Shown: in pieces, positions 1 to 9,755 of the stretch
Numbering within the stretch: the first letter of the stretch is position 1
Layout of the letters: each line of letters starts with the position of its first letter
Assembly (NCBI GenBank): GCA_964650645.1
Contig: CAZYUH010000001.1
Coordinates: 15,373 to 79,372 of the forward strand
DNA: 64,000 bases
Direction of reading: 5' to 3'
Source: an uncultured Candidatus Saccharibacteria bacterium
GTDB lineage: Bacteria > Patescibacteriota > Minisyncoccia > Phycocordibacterales > SBAW01
Position numbers and translations under genes: made by a program
The notes under the pieces: generated by a model
The model's input: the letters and a program-made list of their open reading frames with translations, nothing else
Databases searched by the model: none
What the model was told of the DNA's origin: nothing

Positions 1-171
1 CAGCATGTCCGGATTTGGGTCTACCGCCCAGACGAGGCCCGCAGGGCCGGCCAGGCGCGCGGCCGCGCGCGTAAAGAAGCCCGCGCCGGCAGCCAAATCG
101 GCCACGCGCGAGCCTTCGCTTATGTGCGCGGCCTCAAGGGTGCGTTGCGGGCTGAGGAACGAGCTCTCCAT
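1..171 (-). CDS. Class I SAM-dependent methyltransferase, N-terminal part (runs off window start)
   Basis: Manual translation MESSFLSPQRTLEAAHISEGSRVADLAAGAGFFTRAAARLAGPAGLVWAVDPNPDML; motif I (VADLAAGAG) and motif II (VWAVD). Confidence 0.75.
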   Translation of the reverse strand, partial: MESSFLSPQRTLEAAHISEGSRVADLAAGAGFFTRAAARLAGPAGLVWAVDPNPDML

Positions 172-192
172 TCCCCCATTGTATAGGACGTT

Positions 193-357
193 TTACTCGC
201 CGCGCGCCACTTGCTCCTGCGCGTTGGCATTTGAATAGGCCGCCTCGCGCTGGGCGCGCAAAACTGACGCGCCCCACAGCGAATACGCGAGGATGCAGAG
301 CGCCGCCAATGCGATAGCGCCCGCTGTACCCATGGAATGTGCGGCGCGCTCGCTCAT
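193..357 (-). CDS. Small hypothetical membrane protein
   Basis: Short ORF with one hydrophobic helix; start uncertain. Confidence 0.4.
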   Translation of the reverse strand: MSERAAHSMGTAGAIALAALCILAYSLWGASVLRAQREAAYSNANAQEQVARGE

Positions 358-444
358 ATATGCGTATATACGCACGAGCCGCCTGTTTCTTACATGAAGA
401 AAGGAAAATCCGCACGCGGCGCGTGCGGATCATGATGATTGCTG

Positions 445-891
445 CTACGCCCTTGCACTTGCCGCAACGCCGGATTGGGGCCAGAGAAGCGCCAGCAGCG
501 ACTCTACCGTATCGATGCGGGCCACTTCCGGATGGAAATAGAACGCCGAGCGGTCGTTGCCCTCGCCCACCGCATACACGCGCTTGCGACGCCCGCCGAG
601 CGCGAATGGGGGCGCCAGGCATGAGGCTATCGCGGCGCCGGTTTCTATGTGGTAGCCGATGCCGCCTTCCTTCTGGCACAGCACGATGACGATGTCGGCC
701 TCCATGGCGCCCCGTATCATGCGCTCGGCCGACGCCGGGGTGCACGGGTCGTCCTTGAACGGCTTTTCAAGCGAAATAGTAGTCCAATCAAAGGGGACGA
801 AGTATCCCCGCTTCTCAAGGGCGGCGATAAGCTCCCTGACAGCCCCTTCTTTGCCGACCTTGCCGGCTATGTACACGCGATTGCCTTCCAC
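445..891 (-). CDS. Nucleoside 2-deoxyribosyltransferase-like protein
   Basis: VYIAG, DWT, ADIVIVL, G.HIE.GAA pattern of the NDT-like fold. Confidence 0.6.
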   Translation of the reverse strand: MEGNRVYIAGKVGKEGAVRELIAALEKRGYFVPFDWTTISLEKPFKDDPCTPASAERMIRGAMEADIVIVLCQKEGGIGYHIETGAAIASCLAPPFALGGRRKRVYAVGEGNDRSAFYFHPEVARIDTVESLLALLWPQSGVAASARA

Positions 892-927
892 GGCATCCTC
901 CGCTCGTTGCTTCTGCGTGCAATCCTA

Positions 928-1173
928 CTAGATTTTCGAAAACCGGGCCACGTTCCGCCCCTCCCATTCCACTTCCTGGCGCCACTCTGCAACCGGCCGC
1001 GTAAACAGGGGCGCGGCCGGGTTCTCGTACAAGGGCTCGTATGCGACGACCCACTGCTCGTTGGAATCCAAAGCGATGCCAACCACCTTGTACGGGTCGC
1101 CCTTGTAATGGCGGTACTGCTCCCCTGCCTTGGGCGCGTTTGCGGGAACCTCCGGAACAGGCTGGTGCGACAT
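928..1173 (-). CDS. DUF1653 domain protein
   Basis: YRHYKG..Y.V...A..S....VAY..LY.....FTRP..EW...RF signature. Confidence 0.85.
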   Translation of the reverse strand: MSHQPVPEVPANAPKAGEQYRHYKGDPYKVVGIALDSNEQWVVAYEPLYENPAAPLFTRPVAEWRQEVEWEGRNVARFSKI

Positions 1174-1294
1174 CGCTTAATACTACCAAAGAAAAAGGCC
1201 TGCCAAGGACGTAAAGTCAGTGGCAGGCCCCAGTGCATCGACCTGAGGCATAGATCCAATGCCTATAAAGTATAACGCGGCGGTTCTTGGGCGT

Positions 1295-1705
1295 CTAGTC
1301 AATCTTGCCCTGGCTGGCGAACCAGTCCAGAATCTCGCCGCCCGTAACGGTGGTGCGGTGCTTGTCGGCAGTGGTAAACCACGCCAGCTCGGCGATTTCG
1401 CCGCAAACCCTGGGCTCGCCCTGGCACCGCGCGTCAAAGACCGGCATAACGAGAAGCCTCCCATCAACCATGTCGTGTCCGGGACCGATAAAGGTGTTGA
1501 GGTACCGGATAGTATTGCGCACCAGGAGGACTCCCGTCTCTTCCCACACCTCCCGCATGAGCGCATCGTGGTCGCTCTCGTGCGGCTCGGGCTTGCCGCC
1601 CGCGCAATAGAAGAATACTTTCTGCTTGCGCGAACGGAGAAACAGGACCTTGCGGTCCCTGACGGGCATCCAAGCGTGCTTAATGAACGTATTTGACGGC
1701 ACCAT
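1295..1705 (-). CDS. NUDIX hydrolase
   Basis: Nudix box GGKPEPHESDHDALMREVWEETG; SD AGGAGG upstream. Confidence 0.85.
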   Translation of the reverse strand: MVPSNTFIKHAWMPVRDRKVLFLRSRKQKVFFYCAGGKPEPHESDHDALMREVWEETGVLLVRNTIRYLNTFIGPGHDMVDGRLLVMPVFDARCQGEPRVCGEIAELAWFTTADKHRTTVTGGEILDWFASQGKID

Positions 1706-1723
1706 CTCCTCCTATGGCAAAAA

Positions 1724-1767
1724 CTTCTCCACCCCGAGCCTACCAAAAAGCCGGCCCGCAGGCCAGC
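1724..1767. repeat. 44-bp direct repeat copy 1 (promoter region of NUDIX gene)
   Basis: cttctcc(a/g)ccccgagcctaccaaaaagccggcccgcaggccagc; one mismatch to 2550-2593. Confidence 0.9.
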
Positions 1768-1787
1768 CACGCATTTACATTACGCGC

Positions 1788-2378
1788 TTATTGGCGTTTG
1801 CGCACAATGAAATGGAAGACGTGCCAGTGCTTGGAATCGCCGGCAGCGGTCGCCCCGTCTTTCTCTTCTTCATCGAACGCGAGTACTTCGTAGCCTGCGC
1901 ACAGCTCCTCAGCCGCCTCTTTCGTAAAATGCACCGTCTTGCCGGTGCCTATCCATCCGTCACGGTCGCCGAACAGCTGGCCCGCGAATACTCCGCCCGG
2001 CTTGAGCGCAGCATGTATCCTGCCCCACACGCCCTCGAAGCTTTCCGCACGCATGAACGGGAGCGAGTACTGCGCGTTCACAAGATCGTACGCTTCGGGA
2101 GGAAACTCATACTCTTCCATGCCTGATATGGCGTAGGAGAACCGGTCCTCGGGAAAGGTATCTGCAATCTCTTGCGCGACGGGCTTTTTGTCGAGCGCCA
2201 CGACACACGCGAACCCCTCCGCGAGCAGGTACGCCGACTCGTTTAAGGCACCCGAACCCAAGTCAAGCGCCGCATCGCGCCCGACAAGATGCTGCAAAGC
2301 CCGCACCAAAAGGCCGCGGGTCTTCTTATTCTTTGTCATCTCGGCGTATTTCTTCCAATCAGTTTCCGCGCCGCTCAT
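1788..2378 (-). CDS. Class I SAM-dependent methyltransferase (TehB-like)
   Basis: ALDLGSG, VVALD, YDLVNAQYSLPF, LKPGG motifs. Confidence 0.85.
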   Translation of the reverse strand: MSGAETDWKKYAEMTKNKKTRGLLVRALQHLVGRDAALDLGSGALNESAYLLAEGFACVVALDKKPVAQEIADTFPEDRFSYAISGMEEYEFPPEAYDLVNAQYSLPFMRAESFEGVWGRIHAALKPGGVFAGQLFGDRDGWIGTGKTVHFTKEAAEELCAGYEVLAFDEEEKDGATAAGDSKHWHVFHFIVRKRQ

Positions 2379-2451
2379 AGTATTAATTATGCAATTAATT
2401 CAGTAATTATTGCACAACGGATTTTGGATTATTGGGGTGCTTAGCCCCATT

Positions 2452-2529
2452 TCATTTCCTCAGGACCTTGCGGTCTTGTACGGGCACCCAGGCGAACTTT
2501 ACGACGGTATTGGACGAACTGGGCAGCAT
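2452..2529 (-). pseudogene. Truncated 5' fragment of a NUDIX paralog
   Basis: MLPSSSNTVVKFAWVPVQDRKVLRK* aligns with MVPSNTFIKHAWMPVRDRKVL of 1295-1705. Confidence 0.7.
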
Positions 2530-2549
2530 GTTGCGCTCCTAAGGCTATG

Positions 2550-2593
2550 CTTCTCCGCCCCGAGCCTACCAAAAAGCCGGCCCGCAGGCCAGC
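2550..2593. repeat. 44-bp direct repeat copy 2
   Basis: Near-identical to 1724-1767. Confidence 0.9.
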
Positions 2594-2600
2594 TGCAGAA

Positions 2601-3080
2601 TTACGCCACGGATTTTAAATTATTGGTTGTTTGCTCTTGTCTCTGGAGATGGTTTGCCTGTGTTGAAAATTTATAGTTTTTTACCAAATCTTTTTTCACC
2701 ATCATTTTATATTCGAGTTCCAAATCCGCCCACTCTTTGTATTTTTCATCGAGCTCGTCTTTGATGGAAGTGCCGCCAACCTTTGTTTCAATCAATCCCA
2801 GGAACAACGCTTCAGCATTTTTTTCTATAGATTCAACTGCTGCAGCAACGTCATTAGCTGAGCTAAATTTACCATTCCGGGAAGATTGTCCTATCGACGC
2901 AAGCGAGTCTTTGATAGCTTCTGCATGATGAAGCAAGGTAATAAGTTGCTGCCTATACGCCCTGCCTTCTTCTTTGACTTTTTGCCATTGGAAGTAAGCT
3001 GTAAATCCTGCAGCTACAGCGAGCAATAGACCAAAATTGGGAGAAAAAAGATTACCCAAGCCCGAAATTAAATCTGACAT
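2601..3080 (-). CDS. Hypothetical membrane-anchored protein, AT-rich
   Basis: 159-aa ORF, N-terminal TM helix, much lower GC than neighbours. Confidence 0.65.
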   Translation of the reverse strand: MSDLISGLGNLFSPNFGLLLAVAAGFTAYFQWQKVKEEGRAYRQQLITLLHHAEAIKDSLASIGQSSRNGKFSSANDVAAAVESIEKNAEALFLGLIETKVGGTSIKDELDEKYKEWADLELEYKMMVKKDLVKNYKFSTQANHLQRQEQTTNNLKSVA

Positions 3081-3096
3081 ATGTCAAAAAATCCTA

Positions 3097-5568
3097 CTAT
3101 AAGCACACGAAGCTTGCGATAGCATCACCGTCGCGGAGCTTCATGACGCGCACGCCCTGGGTGCTGCGCGAGAGGCTCGGGATTTCCTTGAGCTCGGTGC
3201 GGATGACCTGGCCCTTCTTGGAAACGACGACTATCTCGTCCTCGCCGACGCCCTCTTCCTTTGAAACCACCTTGGCGGCGATGAGCGGGCCGGTCTTCGG
3301 CGTGGTGTTTATGGTCTTGATGCCCGAGCCGCCGCGGTTCTGGTTCTTGTACTCGTCAACGCTCGTGGTCTTGCCGTAGCCGTTCTTGGACACCACCAGC
3401 ACCTCCAGGTTCTTCATGCCTTTCTTTATGACGTCGGCGCCCACCAGCGTGTCGCCGGCACCGAGCTTCATGCCGCGCACGCCGCCAGCACCCCGGCCCA
3501 TGGCGCGGATGTCGGACTCCTTAAAGCGGATGCTCTGTCCCTTGGCGGTCGAGAGGAATATCTCGTCGCCCTTCTCAACAAGCAATGCCGCGATGAGCTC
3601 GTCGCCCTTCTGGAGCTTCATGGCGATGAGGCCCGAGCGGCGCACGTCGTGGAAGGCCGTCGCGTCCACCTTCTTGGCGACGCCCTGCTTGGTGATCATG
3701 TACAGGAACTTCTCGCCCTCCTTCTGGAGCTTGCGCATGGGCAATACGCTCGAGACGCGCTCAGCATCGGAAAGCTGGAGGAAGTTGACTATCGCCTTGC
3801 CCTTGGTGGAGCGCTTGCCCTCCGGGATCTCGTAGAACTTCAGCTGGTAGGCCTTGCCCACGTCGGTAAAGAACAGGAGGTCGCTGTGCGTCGAAGTCGT
3901 GAGGAACGTCGTGACGAAGTCCTCTTCTTTCGTATCCAGATCGATGACGCCCACGCCGCCGCGCTTCTGCTTTCTATACTCCTCGGGGTTGGTGCGCTTC
4001 ACGTAGCCGCCCTGGGTCAGGACCAGGACCTGCTCCTCGTCGGCCACCAGGTCCTCGACGTTGATGACGCCGGCGGCGCCCTTCATGACCTTGGTCTGGC
4101 GCTCGTCGCCGAAGCGCTCGGCCAGCGCCACTATCTCGGTCTTGATGAGCGCGAGCATCTTCTTGTCGCTGCCCAAGAGCGCGGTGAGCTCCTTGATGAG
4201 CGCCTGTATCTCGGCGAGCTCGTCCATGATCTTCTGGCGCTCGAGGTTGGCGAGGCGCGAGAGGCGCATCTCGAGGATGGCCTGCGCCTGGAGGTCGCTG
4301 AACTTGAACTTCTTGACGATGTTGGCGTGCGCCTCGGGCACGTCCTTGGACGCGCGTATGGTCTTGATGAGCTCGTCTATTATGTCGAGCGCCTTGGCGA
4401 GGCCCAGCAATATGTGCTCGCGGTCCTGCGCCTTGGTGAGGTCAAACAGCGTGCGGCGGCGCACGACCTCGCGGCGGTGCTTGATGAACTCCTCCAAAAT
4501 TCCCTTAAGCGAGAGGGTCTGCGGCACGCCGTCCACCAGGACCACCATGTTGAAATGGAACGTGTCCTCGAGCGCGGTGTGCTTGTAGAGGTAGTTGAGC
4601 ACCTTCTGCGGGTGCGCGCCTGACTTCAGCTCGATGACCACACGGATGTCCTTGGACGACTCGTCGCGCAGGCCGCGTATGCCCTCTATCTTCTTGTCGC
4701 GCACCAGGTCGGCGATGCGCATGATGAGGTCGGCCTTGTTGACGCGGTACGGTATGGACGTGACGACGATGGAGAAGTCGCCCTTCTTGCCCTCGACTAT
4801 CTCGGCGTTGCCGCGCACCACCACGCCGCCCTTGCCCGTGGTGTAGGCGTGCAAAAGCGCCTTCTTGTCGAACGCGACCGCGCCCGTCGGGAAGTCGGGG
4901 CCGGTGACGAACTCCATGAGGTCCTCCACCGTGGCGTCGGGGTGCTCGATGAGGTGCGTCAAAGCGCCCGACACCTCGCCCAGGTTGTGCGGCGGAATGG
5001 ACGTTGCCATGCCCACGGCGATGCCGAGCGTGCCGTTGAGCAGGATGTTGGGCACGCCCGCGGGGAGGACGGTCGGCTCCTTGAGCGTGCCGTCGTAGTT
5101 GGGGCGCCACTCCACCGTGTCCTTGTCGAGATCGCTCAGGAGCGCCTCGGACATGCGCGACATCTTGGCCTCGGTGTAGCGGTAGGCCGCCGCCGAGTCG
5201 CCGTCGATGGAACCGAAGTTCCCCTGGCCGAGGATGAGCGGGTAGCGCATGGAGAAGTCCTGGGTCATCTTGACCATCGCGTCGTACACCGACTGGTCGC
5301 CGTGCGGGTGGTACTTGCCGAGCACATCTCCGACGATGGTCGCCGACTTGCGGAAGCGCGCGCCGGGGGTGAGCCCCTGGCGGTGCATGATGTAGAGGAT
5401 GCGGCGGTGCACGGGCTTGAGCCCGTCGCGCACGTCGGGCAGGGCGCGGTCGGTGATGACCGACATCGCGTAGTCGATGAAGCTCTCGCGCATCTCGGCG
5501 GAGATATTGCGGCCCACTATGCCCGTGCCGCCCTGCTCTTTGGTCTTGTGCTCGTCCTTGCCTGCCAT
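3097..5568 (-). CDS. gyrA: DNA gyrase subunit A
   Basis: [29 protein letters not shown] catalytic Tyr, GyrA box QKRGGVG, C-terminal pinwheel repeats. Confidence 0.98.
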   Translation of the reverse strand: MAGKDEHKTKEQGGTGIVGRNISAEMRESFIDYAMSVITDRALPDVRDGLKPVHRRILYIMHRQGLTPGARFRKSATIVGDVLGKYHPHGDQSVYDAMVKMTQDFSMRYPLILGQGNFGSIDGDSAAAYRYTEAKMSRMSEALLSDLDKDTVEWRPNYDGTLKEPTVLPAGVPNILLNGTLGIAVGMATSIPPHNLGEVSGALTHLIEHPDATVEDLMEFVTGPDFPTGAVAFDKKALLHAYTTGKGGVVVRGNAEIVEGKKGDFSIVVTSIPYRVNKADLIMRIADLVRDKKIEGIRGLRDESSKDIRVVIELKSGAHPQKVLNYLYKHTALEDTFHFNMVVLVDGVPQTLSLKGILEEFIKHRREVVRRRTLFDLTKAQDREHILLGLAKALDIIDELIKTIRASKDVPEAHANIVKKFKFSDLQAQAILEMRLSRLANLERQKIMDELAEIQALIKELTALLGSDKKMLALIKTEIVALAERFGDERQTKVMKGAAGVINVEDLVADEEQVLVLTQGGYVKRTNPEEYRKQKRGGVGVIDLDTKEEDFVTTFLTTSTHSDLLFFTDVGKAYQLKFYEIPEGKRSTKGKAIVNFLQLSDAERVSSVLPMRKLQKEGEKFLYMITKQGVAKKVDATAFHDVRRSGLIAMKLQKGDELIAALLVEKGDEIFLSTAKGQSIRFKESDIRAMGRGAGGVRGMKLGAGDTLVGADVIKKGMKNLEVLVVSKNGYGKTTSVDEYKNQNRGGSGIKTINTTPKTGPLIAAKVVSKEEGVGEDEIVVVSKKGQVIRTELKEIPSLSRSTQGVRVMKLRDGDAIASFVCL

Positions 5569-5575
5569 ACGTTAA

Positions 5576-5824
5576 TTAAAAGCCGGTCGTCGAGGCGACG
5601 TACAGCTGGTTGGGCCCGCTGTACCCGCTCTGGACGACGGAGGCGGTAAGCGGCTCGCCAAGGCCGTCCTGCGCCACCTGCGCGCCGCCCCCTCCGAGCC
5701 TGAATCCGAGCGTCGTGATCCACACCGCGAACACCATCGCGGTCACGACGCTCGCGATGCGCATCGCGTGCTGGCGGCGCTCGTGGGGCTCCTTGCTATT
5801 GATATGGTCGAAATACTTCTTCAC
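5576..5824 (-). CDS. Small hypothetical membrane protein
   Basis: 82 aa, one TM helix, operonic between MBL gene and gyrA. Confidence 0.65.
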   Translation of the reverse strand: MKKYFDHINSKEPHERRQHAMRIASVVTAMVFAVWITTLGFRLGGGGAQVAQDGLGEPLTASVVQSGYSGPNQLYVASTTGF

Positions 5825-5831
5825 GGTTGTA

Positions 5832-6452
5832 TTATGCGCCCAAAACGACGACTTCGCACTGCTTGCCGTCCAAATCCTTCTTCTTGACGGTCAGCTTCTC
5901 CTCGGCCTTCGTCCCCTCCGCGCCCGCCTCCTTGAGGAACGCCTTGAGCGACTTGTCGTCGTAGTGCATGGGGATGACGACCTTTGGACTGAGCGCGACC
6001 GCCAACTTGTAGGCCTGGGCATGCTCCAGGACGTCGCCCCCGCCCACCGGCACGAACAGGATGTCTATGTTGTCGAGCTCGGCCTTGGCCGCCGACGGAA
6101 GCTCCGGAGAGCCGAGCGCCCCCATGAAGCACAGGGTCATGTTCTCGAGCGAGATGGAGTAGATGGTGTTTATGGCGGGCTTCTTGTCGTACACGGTAGG
6201 AACGCCGAAGCCGCGCACCGCGACCCCCTTCACCTCGTATTCGCCGGGCCCCGAGATGACGAACGGCTGGCGCTCGCCGAAGCCGGCGTTCTCGGTGCCG
6301 TTGAAGTCCTTGTGATCGAGGGTGACGAAGGCCAGGTCGGCGCCGAACTTGGCCGAAGCGAGCGAGGACTGCTTGTCGGGGGGGTTGATGGCAAGGGTAA
6401 GGTCGCCTTGAGCCACCTTGAAGCACTCGCCTCCCAAGAAGCTGATAACCAT
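5832..6452 (-). CDS. MBL-fold metallo-hydrolase (Lactamase_B_3-like)
   Basis: GPGEYEVKG, IDILFVPVGG, PKVVIPMHY; metal motif partly degenerate. Confidence 0.85.
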   Translation of the reverse strand: MVISFLGGECFKVAQGDLTLAINPPDKQSSLASAKFGADLAFVTLDHKDFNGTENAGFGERQPFVISGPGEYEVKGVAVRGFGVPTVYDKKPAINTIYSISLENMTLCFMGALGSPELPSAAKAELDNIDILFVPVGGGDVLEHAQAYKLAVALSPKVVIPMHYDDKSLKAFLKEAGAEGTKAEEKLTVKKKDLDGKQCEVVVLGA

Positions 6453-6612
6453 GGCCGAAGTATACCAAAATACGGCCCTTTTGCCATCCTTTCGGGGCCT
6501 TTCCTTTACTATATATATGCGCTATACTGCCCCTCAATAAAGGAACTAGCCTTTATTAGCGGCTCGGGACTAATCTCCGCAGGAGGACCCGACCTACAAC
6601 CACATATATAGT

Positions 6613-7707
6613 ATGGACAATCACCACACAGAGGAGTCTTTGCCTGCATCCGTGATGCAGATGTTCGCCGACCAGATACAGACGCCTCCGGCGCCGGGCG
6701 ACATCATAGAGGGCGCCGTGCTCTCGCTTGACCGCGCCCGCCTGTACGTCGACCTGCCCCCGTTCGGCACCGGCGTCATCTACGGCCGCGAGTATATGAA
6801 CGCGCGCGAGGTCATCAAGCGCACCAACGTGGGCGACAAGATAAGCGCCAAGGTCATCTCGACCGACGCGAAGGACGGCTACATCGAGCTGTCGCTGAAG
6901 GAGGCGCGCCAGGCCGCCGCCTGGGCCGAGGCCGAGGACATGGTCAAGAACAAGACCATGCTCGAGCTTACGGTAAAGGAGGCCAACAAGGGCGGCCTCA
7001 TCATGGAGTGGCAGGGCATCGCCGGCTTCCTCCCCGCCTCCCAGCTCAAGGCCGAGCACTATCCGCGCGTGGCCGACGGCGACAAGGACCGCATCCTCGA
7101 CGAGCTCAGGAAGCTCGTGGGCCAGAAGCTCCCGGTCTCGATAATCGGCGCGCAGCCCAAGGAGGGCAAGCTGATCTTCAGCGAGAAGGGCGCCGACGAC
7201 AAGGAGAAGAAGGAACTCATCGCCAACTACGCCGTGGGCGACGCCGTCTCGGGCGACGTGACCGGCATGGTGGACTTCGGCGTGTTCGTGAAGCTCGAGG
7301 AGGGCCTCGAGGGCCTCGTGCACATCTCGGAGATAGACTGGGGCCTCGTGGACGACCCGCGCCACTTCTTCAAGGTGGGCGACAAGGTGAAGGTGAAGAT
7401 AATCGACATCAAGGACGGCAAGGTGTCCCTCTCCGTCAAGGCGCTCAAGGAGAACCCGTGGGAGGCCGCCAAGGGCCGCTACAGCAAGGGCGACAAGGTG
7501 GAGGGCGTGGTCATCAAGTTCAACAAGCATGGCGCTTTGGCGTCCATAGAGGAGGGCATCGCCGGCCTCGTGCACGTGTCGGAGTTCGGCAGCGAGGAGA
7601 AGCTCCGCGCGGCGCTCGAGCTCGGCAAGCGCTACCCGTTCACCATCTCGCTGTTCGAGCCCAAGGACATGCGCATGGCGCTGAACTTTGGAGAGAAGAA
7701 GGCGTAA
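6613..7707 (+). CDS. rpsA: 30S ribosomal protein S1 (4 S1 domains)
   Basis: Repeated S1 motifs GFLPASQ, FGVFVKL..GLEGLVHISEI, GLVHVSE. Confidence 0.93.
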   Translation: MDNHHTEESLPASVMQMFADQIQTPPAPGDIIEGAVLSLDRARLYVDLPPFGTGVIYGREYMNAREVIKRTNVGDKISAKVISTDAKDGYIELSLKEARQAAAWAEAEDMVKNKTMLELTVKEANKGGLIMEWQGIAGFLPASQLKAEHYPRVADGDKDRILDELRKLVGQKLPVSIIGAQPKEGKLIFSEKGADDKEKKELIANYAVGDAVSGDVTGMVDFGVFVKLEEGLEGLVHISEIDWGLVDDPRHFFKVGDKVKVKIIDIKDGKVSLSVKALKENPWEAAKGRYSKGDKVEGVVIKFNKHGALASIEEGIAGLVHVSEFGSEEKLRAALELGKRYPFTISLFEPKDMRMALNFGEKKA

Positions 7708-7725
7708 TCTTAAAGCGCATAAAAC

Positions 7726-7756
7726 AAAGGCCGCTCCCTAGCAGGGAGCGGTTTTT
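7726..7756. terminator. Bidirectional intrinsic terminator
   Basis: ccgctccct-agc-agggagcgg with T run, between convergent genes. Confidence 0.75.
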
Positions 7757-8130
7757 GCTTCTTCTTTCAGCATGCCGAGCACGGTATCGAGCAGGGTCAG
7801 GTGCGAATCGCCCCGGCTGAAGTACTCCGCGCCGTACTTCTCCTTCAGGTGCTCCCTGGTCACAAGCACGCGGTCCCATTGGGAGACGACGAGAAGCTTG
7901 GCGTCCGGGCCGACGGCCCTGCGCACCGTGCTTAGGAACAAGTGGGACTTATTCTTCTCCCAGTCATCAAGGCCGAAATGCACCGCAAGATCGTACTCAT
8001 CAGGAAACCCGCCGACCTCGTCCCACCGGCAGTCAACGCACGCTATGCCGCGGCTCCTGAGCATATCCCTCAGCTCGTACACGTCGAACCTCGTCGTGCC
8101 TTTCACGATCAGGACTTTCTTCATGGGCAT
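7738..8130 (-). CDS. Hypothetical protein, degenerate receiver (REC)-like fold
   Basis: KKVLIV...YDLAV...KLLVVS...GAEYFSR pattern; acidic pocket, phospho-Asp and Lys missing; SD AAGGAG. Confidence 0.5.
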   Translation of the reverse strand: MPMKKVLIVKGTTRFDVYELRDMLRSRGIACVDCRWDEVGGFPDEYDLAVHFGLDDWEKNKSHLFLSTVRRAVGPDAKLLVVSQWDRVLVTREHLKEKYGAEYFSRGDSHLTLLDTVLGMLKEEAKTAPC

Positions 8131-8237
8131 CTCCTTTCTGACCAAACCATACGCCATGCGGCATTCGATAGTCAATGCGAGCCGCTGAGGCCCGCACAAA
8201 GAAAAGAGAAGCCGCCGCGGAGTACCGCGGCGGCTTT

Positions 8238-8558
8238 TTATTCACACGCGAGAACATATCCGTGATTGCGCACATGGAAGATCCTGACGCCTTCCAACGC
8301 GCTCTCAAGCTTTCTTTTCAGCCTGCAGACCAGGGCCACCAGCGTCACGCGCTCCGCTCGGCGCCCCTGCCGGCCGTACAGCGCCGCAATAAGCATTCTG
8401 TTCGTAACGAGCGCGCCCGCGCAGAGCGCGAGCGCTTCGAGCAGCTCCGATTGGCGCCTGGAGAGGCGGACAATCTCGCATCCTTTCTTCCTTATGCAGC
8501 GCAGCTGCGGATACAGCGCGGCGCCGTCCGCAAGACGGATTTCTTCCAACGGCCTCAT
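8238..8558 (-). CDS. Stand-alone OmpR/PhoB-type winged-helix DNA-binding domain protein
   Basis: LSRRQSELLEAL...G.LVT...L...LYG...V.RLKRKL...I..VR..GYVL (Trans_reg_C). Confidence 0.75.
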   Translation of the reverse strand: MRPLEEIRLADGAALYPQLRCIRKKGCEIVRLSRRQSELLEALALCAGALVTNRMLIAALYGRQGRRAERVTLVALVCRLKRKLESALEGVRIFHVRNHGYVLACE

Positions 8559-8590
8559 GCCAGGACTCCTTCCTTTTCCTGGAACCGCTC

Positions 8591-9121
8591 TTATTTCGCG
8601 TTAGTTTCAGTCATCGCGGCCTGCACGCCGTCCTCCAAAATGAGCTCGAGCGCCTCGGCTACTGTCTTTTTGGCCTTCTTGAGCTTTTCTTGCTCGGGCG
8701 GGCGGAATTTGGCCAGCACGAAGTCGGCAAGCTTCTCCGGCGCGGGGCGCTTGAGCTTTCCGGACGGCGTGGCGCCCGATATGCCGATGCGCACGCGCAC
8801 GTAGTCTTTCGTCTTGAGCGCCTTTTCTATGGATTTGACGCCGTTGTGCCCGCCGGCCGAGGAGCCGAACGACACCTTGACCCGTCCCAGGGGCAAATCA
8901 AGCTCGTCATGCAGCACCACGAGCTTCTCGGCGGCTTTCTTGCTCGTTATGAGCTTCTTTATGGGCCCGCCGGAGTTGTTCATGTACACATTAAGCTCGG
9001 CGATCTTCGCCTTTTTCGGCAGGGAGCCTTTCAATTCGCTTAAGAAGTCCTTGCCGATGTTGTGGCGCGTGCCTTCGTACTCCTTATCGGGATTGCCGAG
9101 GCCCACGAGTATCCAGCTCAT
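8591..9121 (-). CDS. pth: Peptidyl-tRNA hydrolase
   Basis: LVGLGNP..Y..TRHNIG, YMNNSG, HDELDLP, GGHNG. Confidence 0.95.
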   Translation of the reverse strand: MSWILVGLGNPDKEYEGTRHNIGKDFLSELKGSLPKKAKIAELNVYMNNSGGPIKKLITSKKAAEKLVVLHDELDLPLGRVKVSFGSSAGGHNGVKSIEKALKTKDYVRVRIGISGATPSGKLKRPAPEKLADFVLAKFRPPEQEKLKKAKKTVAEALELILEDGVQAAMTETNAK

Positions 9122-9197
9122 GACGATAATGTACCACGGCGCGAGCGGAAACGCGCGAAAAGCTTGCATTGTTTTCCAAGAAGCATACAATGCATGC

Positions 9198-9752
9198 ATG
9201 CCACAGGAGCAGCGTGATTCTTTTTTCACAGAACTCCTGAAATTCGTCGTCGTCGCGGCCGTCATCGTCCTGCCGGTGCGCCTCTTCGTCGCCCAACCGT
9301 TCATCGTGTCCGGCGAAAGCATGTCGCCCACGTTCGAGAACGGCGAATACCTCATCGTCGACGAGCTCACGTACCGCCTCGAGCCGCCCAAGCGCGGCGA
9401 CGTCGTCATATTCCGCTACCCGCGCGACCCGTCGGAGTTCTTCATAAAGCGCATCATCGGCCTGCCGGGAGAGACGGTCGCAATAAAGGACGGCCAGGTT
9501 GAAGTACAGCATGCGGACGGCACCACGGCCGTGCTCGACGAGCCGTACGTCAAGAACCTGGGCAACGGCCGCGACGCCTCCTACGAGGTGGAGCCGGGCA
9601 CCTACTTCGTCATGGGCGACAACCGCCCCGAAAGCTCCGACTCGCGCATCTGGGGGCTCATGCCCGAAAAGAACCTCATCGGGCGCGCCATCGTCCGGCT
9701 CCTGCCCGTCCCCGAGGCCGGCCTCTTCCCCGGAAAAGCGACCTATCAATAA
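9198..9752 (+). CDS. lepB: Signal peptidase I
   Basis: SGESMSPT, FIKRIIGLPGE, GDNRPESSDSR. Confidence 0.95.
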   Translation: MPQEQRDSFFTELLKFVVVAAVIVLPVRLFVAQPFIVSGESMSPTFENGEYLIVDELTYRLEPPKRGDVVIFRYPRDPSEFFIKRIIGLPGETVAIKDGQVEVQHADGTTAVLDEPYVKNLGNGRDASYEVEPGTYFVMGDNRPESSDSRIWGLMPEKNLIGRAIVRLLPVPEAGLFPGKATYQ

Positions 9753-9755
9753 GTA

